DNA of 64,000 nt from an uncultured Desulfobacterales bacterium (GTDB taxonomy: Bacteria; Desulfobacterota; DSM-4660; Desulfatiglandales; JALVZP01): contig CAYMUI010000030.1 in NCBI GenBank assembly GCA_964393645.1, positions 19,195 through 83,194 on the forward strand. Direction: 5' to 3'. Position numbers and translations under genes: made by a program. A model generated the notes under the pieces. That model made no database searches and was not told where the DNA came from. It saw only the letters and a list, made by a program, of their open reading frames with translations. Shown piece after piece: positions 42,201 to 54,427 of the stretch; the first letter of the stretch is position 1; every line of letters starts with the position of its first letter.

Positions 42201-43902
42201 TCAGCCGGAAGTATCTAAGAAAGTTAAGCGCAGTTCTTATCCCATATTTATTTGCCGCATCTATTACAGGTTTGAGGGAAGCTTCATTTATCTTTCCGGC
42301 TATTATTCTCCTTATAGGACCGTGGCCTAAGGAAGTCAGGAACAGTTCTTTTAAGAGTTCGATATTAAAGCCAAAAAGTCCGAGCAGTTCTAAGTTTTCT
42401 ATAAGCTTTGTGTTTACACCTTCTATCTGTTCAGGATTAAAATAATGAATAAGTTCGGCTATCTTATTTTTTCTTTTTACTAAACTTAGTACTGCTTTTA
42501 TTCCTTTATGTCTCCTGTTTTTATAGTACAGGGGGGTTCTTAAACGATCCATGAAAATTTTGGGTATATTCTCATATGCTTTTACATCTTCTTTAAGTCT
42601 CTTTACTGCCTCTATTACTTTTAGCACATACTCAAAAGAGTTTCTGTAATCTGGCATTAATTCTGGCGACGCCCCGTATATCCTGCTCTCTAATATGTCT
42701 TTTGTAATAACGGATAGGCTAAATGGAAGGGCTTTCTTTTTGCCTTGATAAACAAGCATGTATTCAGGCTCGTAGTCGTAAAATTCAAATCTTTTTTCCC
42801 ACTCCTTTTTTAGCGCCTCAGGAGTAATGGCGCAGAAATTCTTTTTTTCCAGATACCTGTCAAACAGTTCGATCCATACCTTCTTTTGATCTTTTGTGAC
42901 ATATTTTCTGGGTAAGGAAAATTCCAGATACGGAAGATCATTTATTTCCTCAAGGCTTAGAGATGAGATGTCTTTTCCTTTTAAGAGCTTATTTACAAGT
43001 TCTGGCTCTACATATATCCCTCTCAGATAACTGTAAAATTCAAATTCAGTTATGTATACGGGATTTCTGTTAAATCTGTATTTGTGTTTTGTTTTAAAAA
43101 GATGAGTAAAAAGCGCAAATCTTTTTTCTTCATCTTCTGTTTTAAATTTCACCTTTATAAGCCTGCATCTATCAGGAAAATATCTTTCAGAAATAACAAA
43201 CAGCTCTCCTTCCGGGACCAATGACTTATATATCTTTGTCATCACATAATTTGCGTATTCTTTTAACCGGCTTTTCTCTCTTCTTATAATCTCATATATG
43301 TCGTCGGTTATGATAAATAGATCTAAATTTTGCTTTATATCCTTTAGCTTGGCTATTGAATCTACAGGAATAAAATTGTGTTCCAAAAATATATAGGAAA
43401 GCTCTTGAAATATAAGATCTGTAGGTCTTAAAAATATGCCTATGTTATAGCTTTCTTTGGTTCGTTGCTTTCTGTACTCCTTAATAAAGCCAACTATTTG
43501 ATCCACTTTCACTTTTATGTCTGTTAGAGAGCTGGAGACAAAATGAAGAGGAATGAGATAATATGGTTTCCCCTTTTTGGAAAATCTTATTAATAGTCCT
43601 AATTTTTTGTAAATTTCGTTTAATTTTTTATAGTGCTTTTTTATAGAATTTTCATTTCTTAAGTCTATAGACAAAAGCAGGCCCAATTCTTCTTTTGTGA
43701 GCCGTTCGTATCCCTCGGTAATTCCAAACCCATAGGCATCTCCACCGAATCTGCTGGGAATCCTGGCAGGATGTCTCAAGGCCGGCAGTGTGCCTAAGGG
43801 AATGTCTTCTGGATCTATACCCAGCTCTTCAAATTCTGCCGGACTTATAAATCCAAATGGATCTTTTTCCCTCAAAAAGAGATAGGATGGGCTTGCTTCC
43901 AT
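39244..43902 (-). CDS. Giant (1552 aa) uncharacterised cytoplasmic protein
   Basis: It is an uninterrupted ORF and the only long frame across 4.6 kb. It starts 10 nt after the radA stop and overlaps the mnmG start by 11 nt. I found no TM segments, no Walker A and no canonical catalytic motif. It is highly helical with K/E/L/Y/F-rich composition. Confidence 0.85.
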   Translation of the reverse strand: MEASPSYLFLREKDPFGFISPAEFEELGIDPEDIPLGTLPALRHPARIPSRFGGDAYGFGITEGYERLTKEELGLLLSIDLRNENSIKKHYKKLNEIYKKLGLLIRFSKKGKPYYLIPLHFVSSSLTDIKVKVDQIVGFIKEYRKQRTKESYNIGIFLRPTDLIFQELSYIFLEHNFIPVDSIAKLKDIKQNLDLFIITDDIYEIIRREKSRLKEYANYVMTKIYKSLVPEGELFVISERYFPDRCRLIKVKFKTEDEEKRFALFTHLFKTKHKYRFNRNPVYITEFEFYSYLRGIYVEPELVNKLLKGKDISSLSLEEINDLPYLEFSLPRKYVTKDQKKVWIELFDRYLEKKNFCAITPEALKKEWEKRFEFYDYEPEYMLVYQGKKKALPFSLSVITKDILESRIYGASPELMPDYRNSFEYVLKVIEAVKRLKEDVKAYENIPKIFMDRLRTPLYYKNRRHKGIKAVLSLVKRKNKIAELIHYFNPEQIEGVNTKLIENLELLGLFGFNIELLKELFLTSLGHGPIRRIIAGKINEASLKPVIDAANKYGIRTALNFLRYFRLMSFAEMEASTGRTVETEEVRELFRIYDLMVRAVISKDVDWQAVVYEGADSIEGLRRKVIKRVLMMMGYHRFLNNWQEIKEKGEKELEALADYDPENLKDIYNMRTLIDIMNQFEDIYLKSDPLQITTFYRKILRSDLHGTARVFRKMSSKNVFLLLWITINSSPADIINFNPLLEEIAQEQTDEFVKKIDLETSHINLNHLDSKGIRNLSEQLNKNRFTIIVGTGLYLKLETEKKILAVGYMDLDNNIKVLNAFYSSFSKSPKIHRISNEGLRELEKRFSEVELFYQAHKGILHFMEERLLPLRHKNWVKEVEKIREELRKVFLKNMFQPDSFYTNLEALYNYAPSVLNFLFPFFKTLQQMNLSWHIYMRLSPLKYILNTTKKLYALIRHEKEEFQDKEFLHKLAKKEFGLMATGTVGVSDAQLSSLINMLESLRNKKPVLFNALIKAFFFQEIGRVPYLREKYKGRFNPADLGDAGAVFIRQENMKKLYLIEAEEEEYLVFLVKYHSMLHHMIRGEFSFFAIKEILDRRDQQLFDAFFIFSFIMLSAIREDLLLEDLAGRLFKIKQICDRIIAQDMTLMGYMNKLFSKRGALYLQVKEYLEKGLANDEDKISENTHGNLISMGRMIYALERILRLRGIRYVEFPELAKLLMDKPINLIYRQKGFLSIGYSTFEKEMFEAYRIYRTFQSLPEYIRHYILNWLVDDKVRLFGYENVTNYMGYENQIKLLLLCLISAETFDLSRSPVSINFLDMCQIIDKRYEAINNYLNGLSIEKIWGYREDPYSLFSEKEGIFFVKEEFPNVLTVRFKEELNIQEKIALIKEIKEMERLRNYYEKLLNELNSYPFYSDDYKIMLKEAFEKRAKELFEEIVTKAKEKMDQAKDFHQLYLALKDIIKRSESEQIPEEIKNRIIDVYELRRDTLKREKISEIDQRLAELKSLSELNSYWNDIKLYLKQNRQYIGREFELLIAKKFDLKERELLAENVC

Positions 43903-43911
43903 GACATCTTT

Positions 43912-45270
43912 TTAAAATAGTAGGTCAAATAGCTGTTGCACTGATTCTATTCTTAGGATTTCTATCGGAAATTCTAAGGTCATCTTTGTTTCAATCCCTG
44001 TCTTTGCGGTGATGCATTTTGAAAAACCGAGTTTTACCGCTTCCTTTATCCTTAAGTCAGGATTGCTCACACCTCGCACTTCACCTGCGAGTCCTACTTC
44101 CCCAAAAAGAACCACATCTCTGTCCACCGGTTTATCCAACAGACTGGATATGATTGCAGTAACTATTCCAAGATCTACCGCTGGCTCATCCACTTTTATC
44201 CCCCCCGCCACATTTACAAATATATCATGGTCTCCGAGCCTAAGTCCAAGTCTTTTCCACAATACAGCTACGAGCAAAGAAACTCTGTTGTGGTCTACTC
44301 CTACCGTGGTTCTTCTGGGGACCCCTAAATGAGAGGGGCTTACCAGAGCTTGTATTTCCAGAAAAACAGGTCTTGTTCCTTCCATACACGGCACCACTAC
44401 TGAACCGGAAACTCCCTCCGGCCTCTGCTCCAGAAATATACGAGACGGGTTAGATACCTGATGAAGACCAGTGTTTTTCATCTCAAACACACCTATTTCG
44501 TTGGTAGGTCCGTATCTGTTTTTCACAGCCCTCAGTATCCTGTACATATGATTTGTATCCCCTTCAAAGTAGAGCACCGTGTCTACCAGATGTTCCAGAA
44601 CCTTTGGTCCAGCAATAAGCCCTTCTTTTGTAACATGACCTATCAAAAATATAGATATACCAGATTGTTTTGCCATAATTTGCAGCCTGTAAGCTGTTTC
44701 TCTCACTTGAGCCACACTTCCAGGAGTAGAGGACAAGGTATCGGTATAAAGGGTCTGTACAGAATCCACCACTAATACAGCAGGTTTGATCAGCTTTATT
44801 GTTTCTAATAGTTCTTCTAAATTAGCACCTATGGATATATACAGCTTTGAAGCATCCACCTGAAGTCTTTCTGCCCTCATTTTTATTTGCTGGAGCGATT
44901 CTTCTCCTGAAAGATAAAGACAGGTAATTCCTTTTTTGCTGAGGCTGTTTAAAACCTGAAGCATGAGCGTTGATTTTCCAATACCTGGATCGCCTCCTAT
45001 TAGGATTACCGAGCCGGGTACTATGCCACCCCCCAAGATCCTGTCAAATTCCTCTATGTCTGTTCTTATTCTGTTTTCAGCTTCAAGGGAGATCTCTTTT
45101 ACCGGAATTGGAGGAATGATTTCCTTGGCTGCTTCTTTTTTTGTGTTTTTTTCTAATATCTTTTCCACCAAACTGTTCCACTGGCCACATCCAGGGCATC
45201 TGCCCATCCACTTTGGGGTCTGGTATCCACAACTTTCACATACAAAGACCGTTTCTTTTTGCTTTGGCAT
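43912..45270 (-). CDS. radA: DNA repair protein RadA/Sms
   Basis: Zinc ribbon CESCGY...CPGCGQW, Walker A GGDPGIGKST, KNRYGP motif and a Lon-like C-domain. ATG 45270 (AGGA 8 nt upstream) is preferred over track TTG 45300. Confidence 0.95.
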   Translation of the reverse strand: MPKQKETVFVCESCGYQTPKWMGRCPGCGQWNSLVEKILEKNTKKEAAKEIIPPIPVKEISLEAENRIRTDIEEFDRILGGGIVPGSVILIGGDPGIGKSTLMLQVLNSLSKKGITCLYLSGEESLQQIKMRAERLQVDASKLYISIGANLEELLETIKLIKPAVLVVDSVQTLYTDTLSSTPGSVAQVRETAYRLQIMAKQSGISIFLIGHVTKEGLIAGPKVLEHLVDTVLYFEGDTNHMYRILRAVKNRYGPTNEIGVFEMKNTGLHQVSNPSRIFLEQRPEGVSGSVVVPCMEGTRPVFLEIQALVSPSHLGVPRRTTVGVDHNRVSLLVAVLWKRLGLRLGDHDIFVNVAGGIKVDEPAVDLGIVTAIISSLLDKPVDRDVVLFGEVGLAGEVRGVSNPDLRIKEAVKLGFSKCITAKTGIETKMTLEFPIEILRIESVQQLFDLLF

Positions 45271-45274
45271 AAGC

Positions 45275-46108
45275 TTAGTCCTGTTTGTTTTCGCCCCCAA
45301 TCCTGCGGGGAGTTGGCTCGTATATTACAGATGGGTGCTGTTTAAGAGGTTGAGGAAACAGGTTCATGAGTTGATATATTTCTACCGGCATGTCTGTACT
45401 TACAGGAAGACCAAGTTTTTTTGCTTCCTCACATGTAATGGGATAATCGTGTGTCCATCTTCCTTGTGAAAGGATCTCTGCAAGTTCTTCCGCCTTTTGT
45501 TCCGTATATTTTCCCGAAAGAAGCTCTTTTAACTGATTTTTCATTTGATTAAGAGCCTTTTCGGATACATCCGCCATTATAAGAGTCTTGTCTTCTATCT
45601 TATCTATGGGCTTCTCTTTTTTTATCTTTACAATAGATGCTGCTGGATACTGGCCGATCTGCGGATCTACTGGGCCTAAAACCGCGTGTTCATCCATGAC
45701 TATCTCGTCAGCTGCTAATGCTATGAGTGTTCCTCCACTCATAGCGTAGTGGGGAATAAATGCTGTGGTTTTTGCTTTATGCCTTTTTAATGCCTTTGCA
45801 ATTTGAAGAGCTGCCAATACCAATCCTCCAGGAGTGTGCAAGATGATGTCTATGGGAACATCTTCATCTGTTAGGTGAATTGCTCTTATTACCTGTTCCG
45901 AATCGTTTACATCAATAAATCTCATGACTGGAAATCCAAAAAAACTCATGGTTTCTTGCCTGTGAATAAGAAGTATAACCCTTGATCCTCTTTCTTTTTC
46001 TATTTTTTCTATCATCTTCTGCCTTGCTGCCTCTAAGAATTTTTGTCTTAAGAGGGGTTGAAGGCTCATGAGTATGAAGAAAAGCCAAAATATGTCAAAA
46101 CCGCTCAT
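45275..46108 (-). CDS. SDH-family Clp-fold serine protease, membrane anchored
   Basis: 277 aa. It has an N-terminal hydrophobic segment (FDIFWLFFILMSL). LHTPGGLVLAALQIAKAL and AMSGGTLIALAADEIVM resemble the serine dehydrogenase proteinase / ClpP-fold family. Confidence 0.65.
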   Translation of the reverse strand: MSGFDIFWLFFILMSLQPLLRQKFLEAARQKMIEKIEKERGSRVILLIHRQETMSFFGFPVMRFIDVNDSEQVIRAIHLTDEDVPIDIILHTPGGLVLAALQIAKALKRHKAKTTAFIPHYAMSGGTLIALAADEIVMDEHAVLGPVDPQIGQYPAASIVKIKKEKPIDKIEDKTLIMADVSEKALNQMKNQLKELLSGKYTEQKAEELAEILSQGRWTHDYPITCEEAKKLGLPVSTDMPVEIYQLMNLFPQPLKQHPSVIYEPTPRRIGGENKQD

Positions 46109-46123
46109 TATACATGACCTCCT

Positions 46124-46909
46124 TTAGCGATTTGTTTTTTCGTGAAATAGTGCAAGTACTCCCCACGGTGATTGCTCGTCTTTGTAAACCGATGTTCTTC
46201 TCCCCCAACAGAAAAATCTATGTAACACCACCCCTGCGATAAAACCTCCCACATGTGCCCACCAAGCAACTCCTCCTGCGATCTGCTGGTGTACCACAGA
46301 AAGAGTACCAGAAAATAGCTGAAGAAAGAACCACCATGCCAGATACAGTACCGCTGGCATTTCGAAGAAAAACGGAAGGAAAAAGACGGGCACTAACACG
46401 ATTACCCTTGAAAAAGGAAAAAGCACATAATATGCTCCTAATACCCCAGAGATTGCTCCAGATGCGCCAATGATAGGAATTAGAGAATCTGGATGCATGT
46501 ATACATGAAAAAGAGATGCGGTTATTCCGCATGTCAGATAAAAAATCACAAATCTAAGGCTTCCCATGTTGTCTTCAACATTGTCACCAAATATCCAAAG
46601 AGTCCACATATTGCCAAAAAGATGTACCCACCCACCGTGCAGGAACATGCATGTGACAAGATCTATATACTTAAACCCAGGCAACAGCTCTTTCGCCACA
46701 AAAGAGTCCGTTGTGTATCTGGCAGGTACAACTCCAAAATGAAATACCACCATTTTTAATATCTCAGGTGGAAGAGATACCTCTAACAAAAAGACCCCTA
46801 TGTTTATCCCTATGAGGATGTAAGTTGCAATCGGAACCTTGCGTCTGGGAGCAATATCTTGAATGGGAAACATCGGATCTCCTCGGTTTTTGATTACAAG
46901 CTTAAGCAT
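46124..46909 (-). CDS. Rhomboid-family intramembrane serine protease
   Basis: It is polytopic, with HGGWVHLFGNMWTLWIFG and the catalytic-Ser motif GASGAISG, plus WAHVGGFIAG. The start may be the internal MFPIQD. Confidence 0.85.
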   Translation of the reverse strand: MLKLVIKNRGDPMFPIQDIAPRRKVPIATYILIGINIGVFLLEVSLPPEILKMVVFHFGVVPARYTTDSFVAKELLPGFKYIDLVTCMFLHGGWVHLFGNMWTLWIFGDNVEDNMGSLRFVIFYLTCGITASLFHVYMHPDSLIPIIGASGAISGVLGAYYVLFPFSRVIVLVPVFFLPFFFEMPAVLYLAWWFFLQLFSGTLSVVHQQIAGGVAWWAHVGGFIAGVVLHRFFCWGRRTSVYKDEQSPWGVLALFHEKTNR

Positions 46910-46986
46910 AACTTAGGCATAAGTCAAGAAAATTACTTCTCTATTAGAAAGAGCTACTTTGTGGTTGCTTGATTCAAAAAACTGAC

Positions 46987-46992
46987 TATAAT
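46987..46992 (+). promoter_or_regulatory. Possible -10 box for surE
   Basis: A perfect TATAAT lies 25 nt upstream of the surE ATG, with a weak -35 (TTGCTT) about 16 nt upstream. The SD gaggaggagg is at 47007-47016. Confidence 0.3.
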
Positions 46993-47017
46993 AGGGCTTA
47001 ATTTTTGAGGAGGAGGC

Positions 47018-51333
<4,316 letters not shown>

Positions 51334-51449
51334 TTATTTTTTATTTTCTGGATTTAAGGGGTAACGATTTGTTTAATACATTGCATATTGTATTGTCAAG
51401 CTCATGTTAATTTTGTTATAGAGATGAGCCAGATGTTAATGGAGGGATA

Positions 51450-52289
51450 ATGAGATACATATCTGCTGAAAAGATCGTGAATAAAGTAAAAGAAGCGGTG
51501 ATTGCTGCAAACTTGGAGCTTTCTGAAGATATGAAACAGATGCTTCAAGAGGCAATGAAGAGAGAGGAGTCAGAAATAGGGAAACAGATTCTTTCTCAAC
51601 TTATTGAAAATGCGAGGATAGCAAAAGAGGAAAGGGTGCCTATGTGCCAAGATACCGGCATTGTCAACATAATAGTAGAAATGGGTCAGGAGGTAGTTGT
51701 AAAAGACGGTTTTTTAATGGATGCATTAAGAGAAGGTGTAAAAAGGGGATACACGGAAGGGTACTTGAGGATGTCTGTGTGTCACCCCATTACAAGACAA
51801 AATACCATGGATAACACTCCCCCCATTGTGCATGTGGAGATTGTGCCGGGAGATAGGTTTACTTTATGGGTGCTGCCAAAAGGAGGGGGAGCAGAAAACA
51901 AAAGCAGATTATATATGCTTCTTCCCACGGATGGATGGAGAGAGATCAAGAAAAAAGTGATAGAAACAGTGATACAGGCGGGTGCCAGTGCGTGTCCTCC
52001 ACTCATTGTAGGAGTGGGTATAGGAGGAAACTTCGAAACAGCCCCTTTTCTGGCTAAAAAGGCTCTCTTGAGAAAGCCTGGTAGCAAAAGTGACGATCCC
52101 CAGATTGCTAAAATGGAACAAGAGCTTTTAGAAGAGATAAACAAAACAGGCATAGGGCCTCAGGGAATGGGGGGCAGGATAACGGCTTTTGCAGTCCATA
52201 TAAATATGATGCCATGTCACATATCAAGTCTCCCGGTTGCCGTAAACCTTCAATGTCATTCTCACCGTGCAATAAAAATAGATTTGTAG
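51450..52289 (+). CDS. Fe-S type hydro-lyase alpha subunit (class I fumarate hydratase / tartrate dehydratase N-terminal domain)
   Basis: 279 aa. VPMCQDTGI and GVGIGG are typical of the alpha domain. No beta subunit gene is adjacent. Confidence 0.75.
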   Translation: MRYISAEKIVNKVKEAVIAANLELSEDMKQMLQEAMKREESEIGKQILSQLIENARIAKEERVPMCQDTGIVNIIVEMGQEVVVKDGFLMDALREGVKRGYTEGYLRMSVCHPITRQNTMDNTPPIVHVEIVPGDRFTLWVLPKGGGAENKSRLYMLLPTDGWREIKKKVIETVIQAGASACPPLIVGVGIGGNFETAPFLAKKALLRKPGSKSDDPQIAKMEQELLEEINKTGIGPQGMGGRITAFAVHINMMPCHISSLPVAVNLQCHSHRAIKIDL

Positions 52290-52302
52290 AGAGGACAGTC
52301 CC

Positions 52303-52620
52303 ATGGAGATGAGATTAGTTTATATAACCTGTTCCGGCAGATCTGAGGCAGAAGCAATAGGAAAACAGATAGTAAAGGAAAGACTTTGTGCCGCCGTAAA
52401 CATAATAGACAATATGCATTCCTTTTACTGGTGGAAAGGAAAGATAGAAGAAAGCAGAGAGGCTATTCTCATTGCAAAGACGACAGAAGAGCTCGTTCGT
52501 AAGCTCATGAGTAGAGTAAAAGAGCTTCATAGCTATGAATGTCCGTGCATTATTTCTTTGCCAGTGGAAGACAGCGTTCCAGAGTTTCTTATGTGGTTAA
52601 GAAGCGAGACAAAAGGTTAA
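52303..52620 (+). CDS. cutA: Divalent-cation tolerance protein CutA
   Basis: 105 aa. LCAAVNII...SFYWWKGKIEE...ILIAKT is the CutA1 signature. Confidence 0.85.
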   Translation: MEMRLVYITCSGRSEAEAIGKQIVKERLCAAVNIIDNMHSFYWWKGKIEESREAILIAKTTEELVRKLMSRVKELHSYECPCIISLPVEDSVPEFLMWLRSETKG

Positions 52621-53225
52621 TTTTTGCTGAGTATCTTTTTTAGTAGGATTACAGTTACTATACCCGCTAAAAGAAGCGCAACAACTAAGTTATATCTTGA
52701 CAACAGAAAAGAAACCCTGTGCTTTATCTCTTCCCAGTTGGAACCCGCCTTTAATCCCACATACATTATCGCCATATTCCAGCTCGCACATCCTACAAGT
52801 GAGGTGATACTCACTTTCCAAAAGGAAAGCCCCATTATTCCGGCTGTTACAGATATGACCGCTCTTACTCCGGGAAGATATCTGTTTACAAGTATTACGA
52901 GGTATCCGTATCTTTTTATCCAGTTTTCTGCCTTAAGGATGTCTTCTGGCTTAAAAAAAGGGATCTTTTTCTTGATTGACCCCAGTTTAATCCCGAGCCA
53001 ATAAACAAACATAAATCCTGCCCAACTTCCAAAGGTGGTGCACAGATAAGAACTTGTAAAGTCTATCTTTTTTTGACCTGCCAAAAAAGCTCCGAATACG
53101 ATAATGGTATCTCCGGGAACAGGAGGGCATACATTTTCTGTAAATGCACTCACAAATAAAAATACATATATCAAATTCGCGGGCAGGTTTGATACCCAGT
53201 TTATTATTTGGTCTATCAGGTCCAC
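52617..53225 (-). CDS. DedA/VTT-domain membrane protein
   Basis: 202 aa polytopic protein. FTENVCPPVPGDTIIVFGAF and NRYLPGVRAVISVTAG are DedA family motifs. Confidence 0.8.
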   Translation of the reverse strand: MDLIDQIINWVSNLPANLIYVFLFVSAFTENVCPPVPGDTIIVFGAFLAGQKKIDFTSSYLCTTFGSWAGFMFVYWLGIKLGSIKKKIPFFKPEDILKAENWIKRYGYLVILVNRYLPGVRAVISVTAGIMGLSFWKVSITSLVGCASWNMAIMYVGLKAGSNWEEIKHRVSFLLSRYNLVVALLLAGIVTVILLKKILSKN

Positions 53226-53227
53226 TT

Positions 53228-54427
53228 TTAGGCTTCTATTTTAAAGACTTTCTGTTCTATACTGGTGATCCTTTCTGTGGGTTTGCCAATGAGATATATG
53301 TCTTCCATTCCAACTACTCCAAGCTCAGGGAATACAAATTTCGGTTCCAGAGATAAGACCATTTTTTCCTGAAGAGGTTCCCTAAAATGAGGAGATATAA
53401 TGGGATATTCGTCTATTTCGAGGCCTATACCATGCCCGATAAATTTTACCTTTCCATCCCCAAATCCCATAAAATATTCTTCAAGCCCCCAGTCTTTTGC
53501 AATCTGAACAGCACCTTGATAAAGACTGTCACATGTAATTCCAATCTTTGCATTTTCTAAGAAAAATTGGTGAATTTCATAAGAACACTCGTGTGCTTTT
53601 TTAAGCATATCTGTCAGATCTCCTATTACAAATGTTCTGGCCTGATCCCCTATGTATCCGTTTATACATATTCCGTGATCTATTTCTATGGGTTCATTCT
53701 TGTTTATCTTTTTGTAACTTGCTCCCTGAGCTATAGCAGGACTTATTCCCATTCCTCCTTGAGGACTGTCTAAAAAAGAAGCTACTGAACCACTTTTCCC
53801 GGAAAGCACATGTACATACATCATTTCTTGATTCCAGCCTCTCATTCTCATCATTCCTATATGACCTTTTTTTCTTATCAGATAGCCCAAGTATGCATCT
53901 ACCTCCAATTCGGTTATTCCCGGCTTCAGTATCTTTTGAACTTCATAGAGATTTTCGTCCAATATCTTTGCTGCCTTTCTTATTTGAGATATCTCGTATT
54001 CAGACTTTATCATCCTGGTCTTTCTTATGATATGAGATACATCAACTATTTCTGACAACTCAAACATCTTTTTGTATCTCAAATACATGTTTGCTGGAAT
54101 TACATCCAGTTCCATTCCTATCCTGTTAGGATCTATTCCGTAATCTTGCAGGACTTTCTTTATACTGGAAGGCTTATCTGAAATAATATTTTTCAAAGGA
54201 GATTCCTTTACTGCTCTGTCAATTGCCTTATGAACGATCAATATTGCTTCTCCTTCAGCGGGAATGAACAGGGTAGAGTTTTGAAGTGTTCCTGAAAAGT
54301 AAAATCTGTCCACATTTTGTAAAATAAGTGCTCCGGAAATATCAAGATCTTTTAGATACTTCTGAAACCTGTTGATCCTGCTGTAAATTTCCTCTTTTTC
54401 TATCCCTGACATAGCACCTTCTCCCAT
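53228..54427 (-). CDS. M24-family Xaa-Pro aminopeptidase/dipeptidase
   Basis: 399 aa. It has a creatinase-like N-domain plus a pita-bread C-domain (IDHGICINGYIGDQARTF, HGIGLEIDE, LEP...). The start may be the internal Met at 54412. Confidence 0.8.
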   Translation of the reverse strand: MGEGAMSGIEKEEIYSRINRFQKYLKDLDISGALILQNVDRFYFSGTLQNSTLFIPAEGEAILIVHKAIDRAVKESPLKNIISDKPSSIKKVLQDYGIDPNRIGMELDVIPANMYLRYKKMFELSEIVDVSHIIRKTRMIKSEYEISQIRKAAKILDENLYEVQKILKPGITELEVDAYLGYLIRKKGHIGMMRMRGWNQEMMYVHVLSGKSGSVASFLDSPQGGMGISPAIAQGASYKKINKNEPIEIDHGICINGYIGDQARTFVIGDLTDMLKKAHECSYEIHQFFLENAKIGITCDSLYQGAVQIAKDWGLEEYFMGFGDGKVKFIGHGIGLEIDEYPIISPHFREPLQEKMVLSLEPKFVFPELGVVGMEDIYLIGKPTERITSIEQKVFKIEA

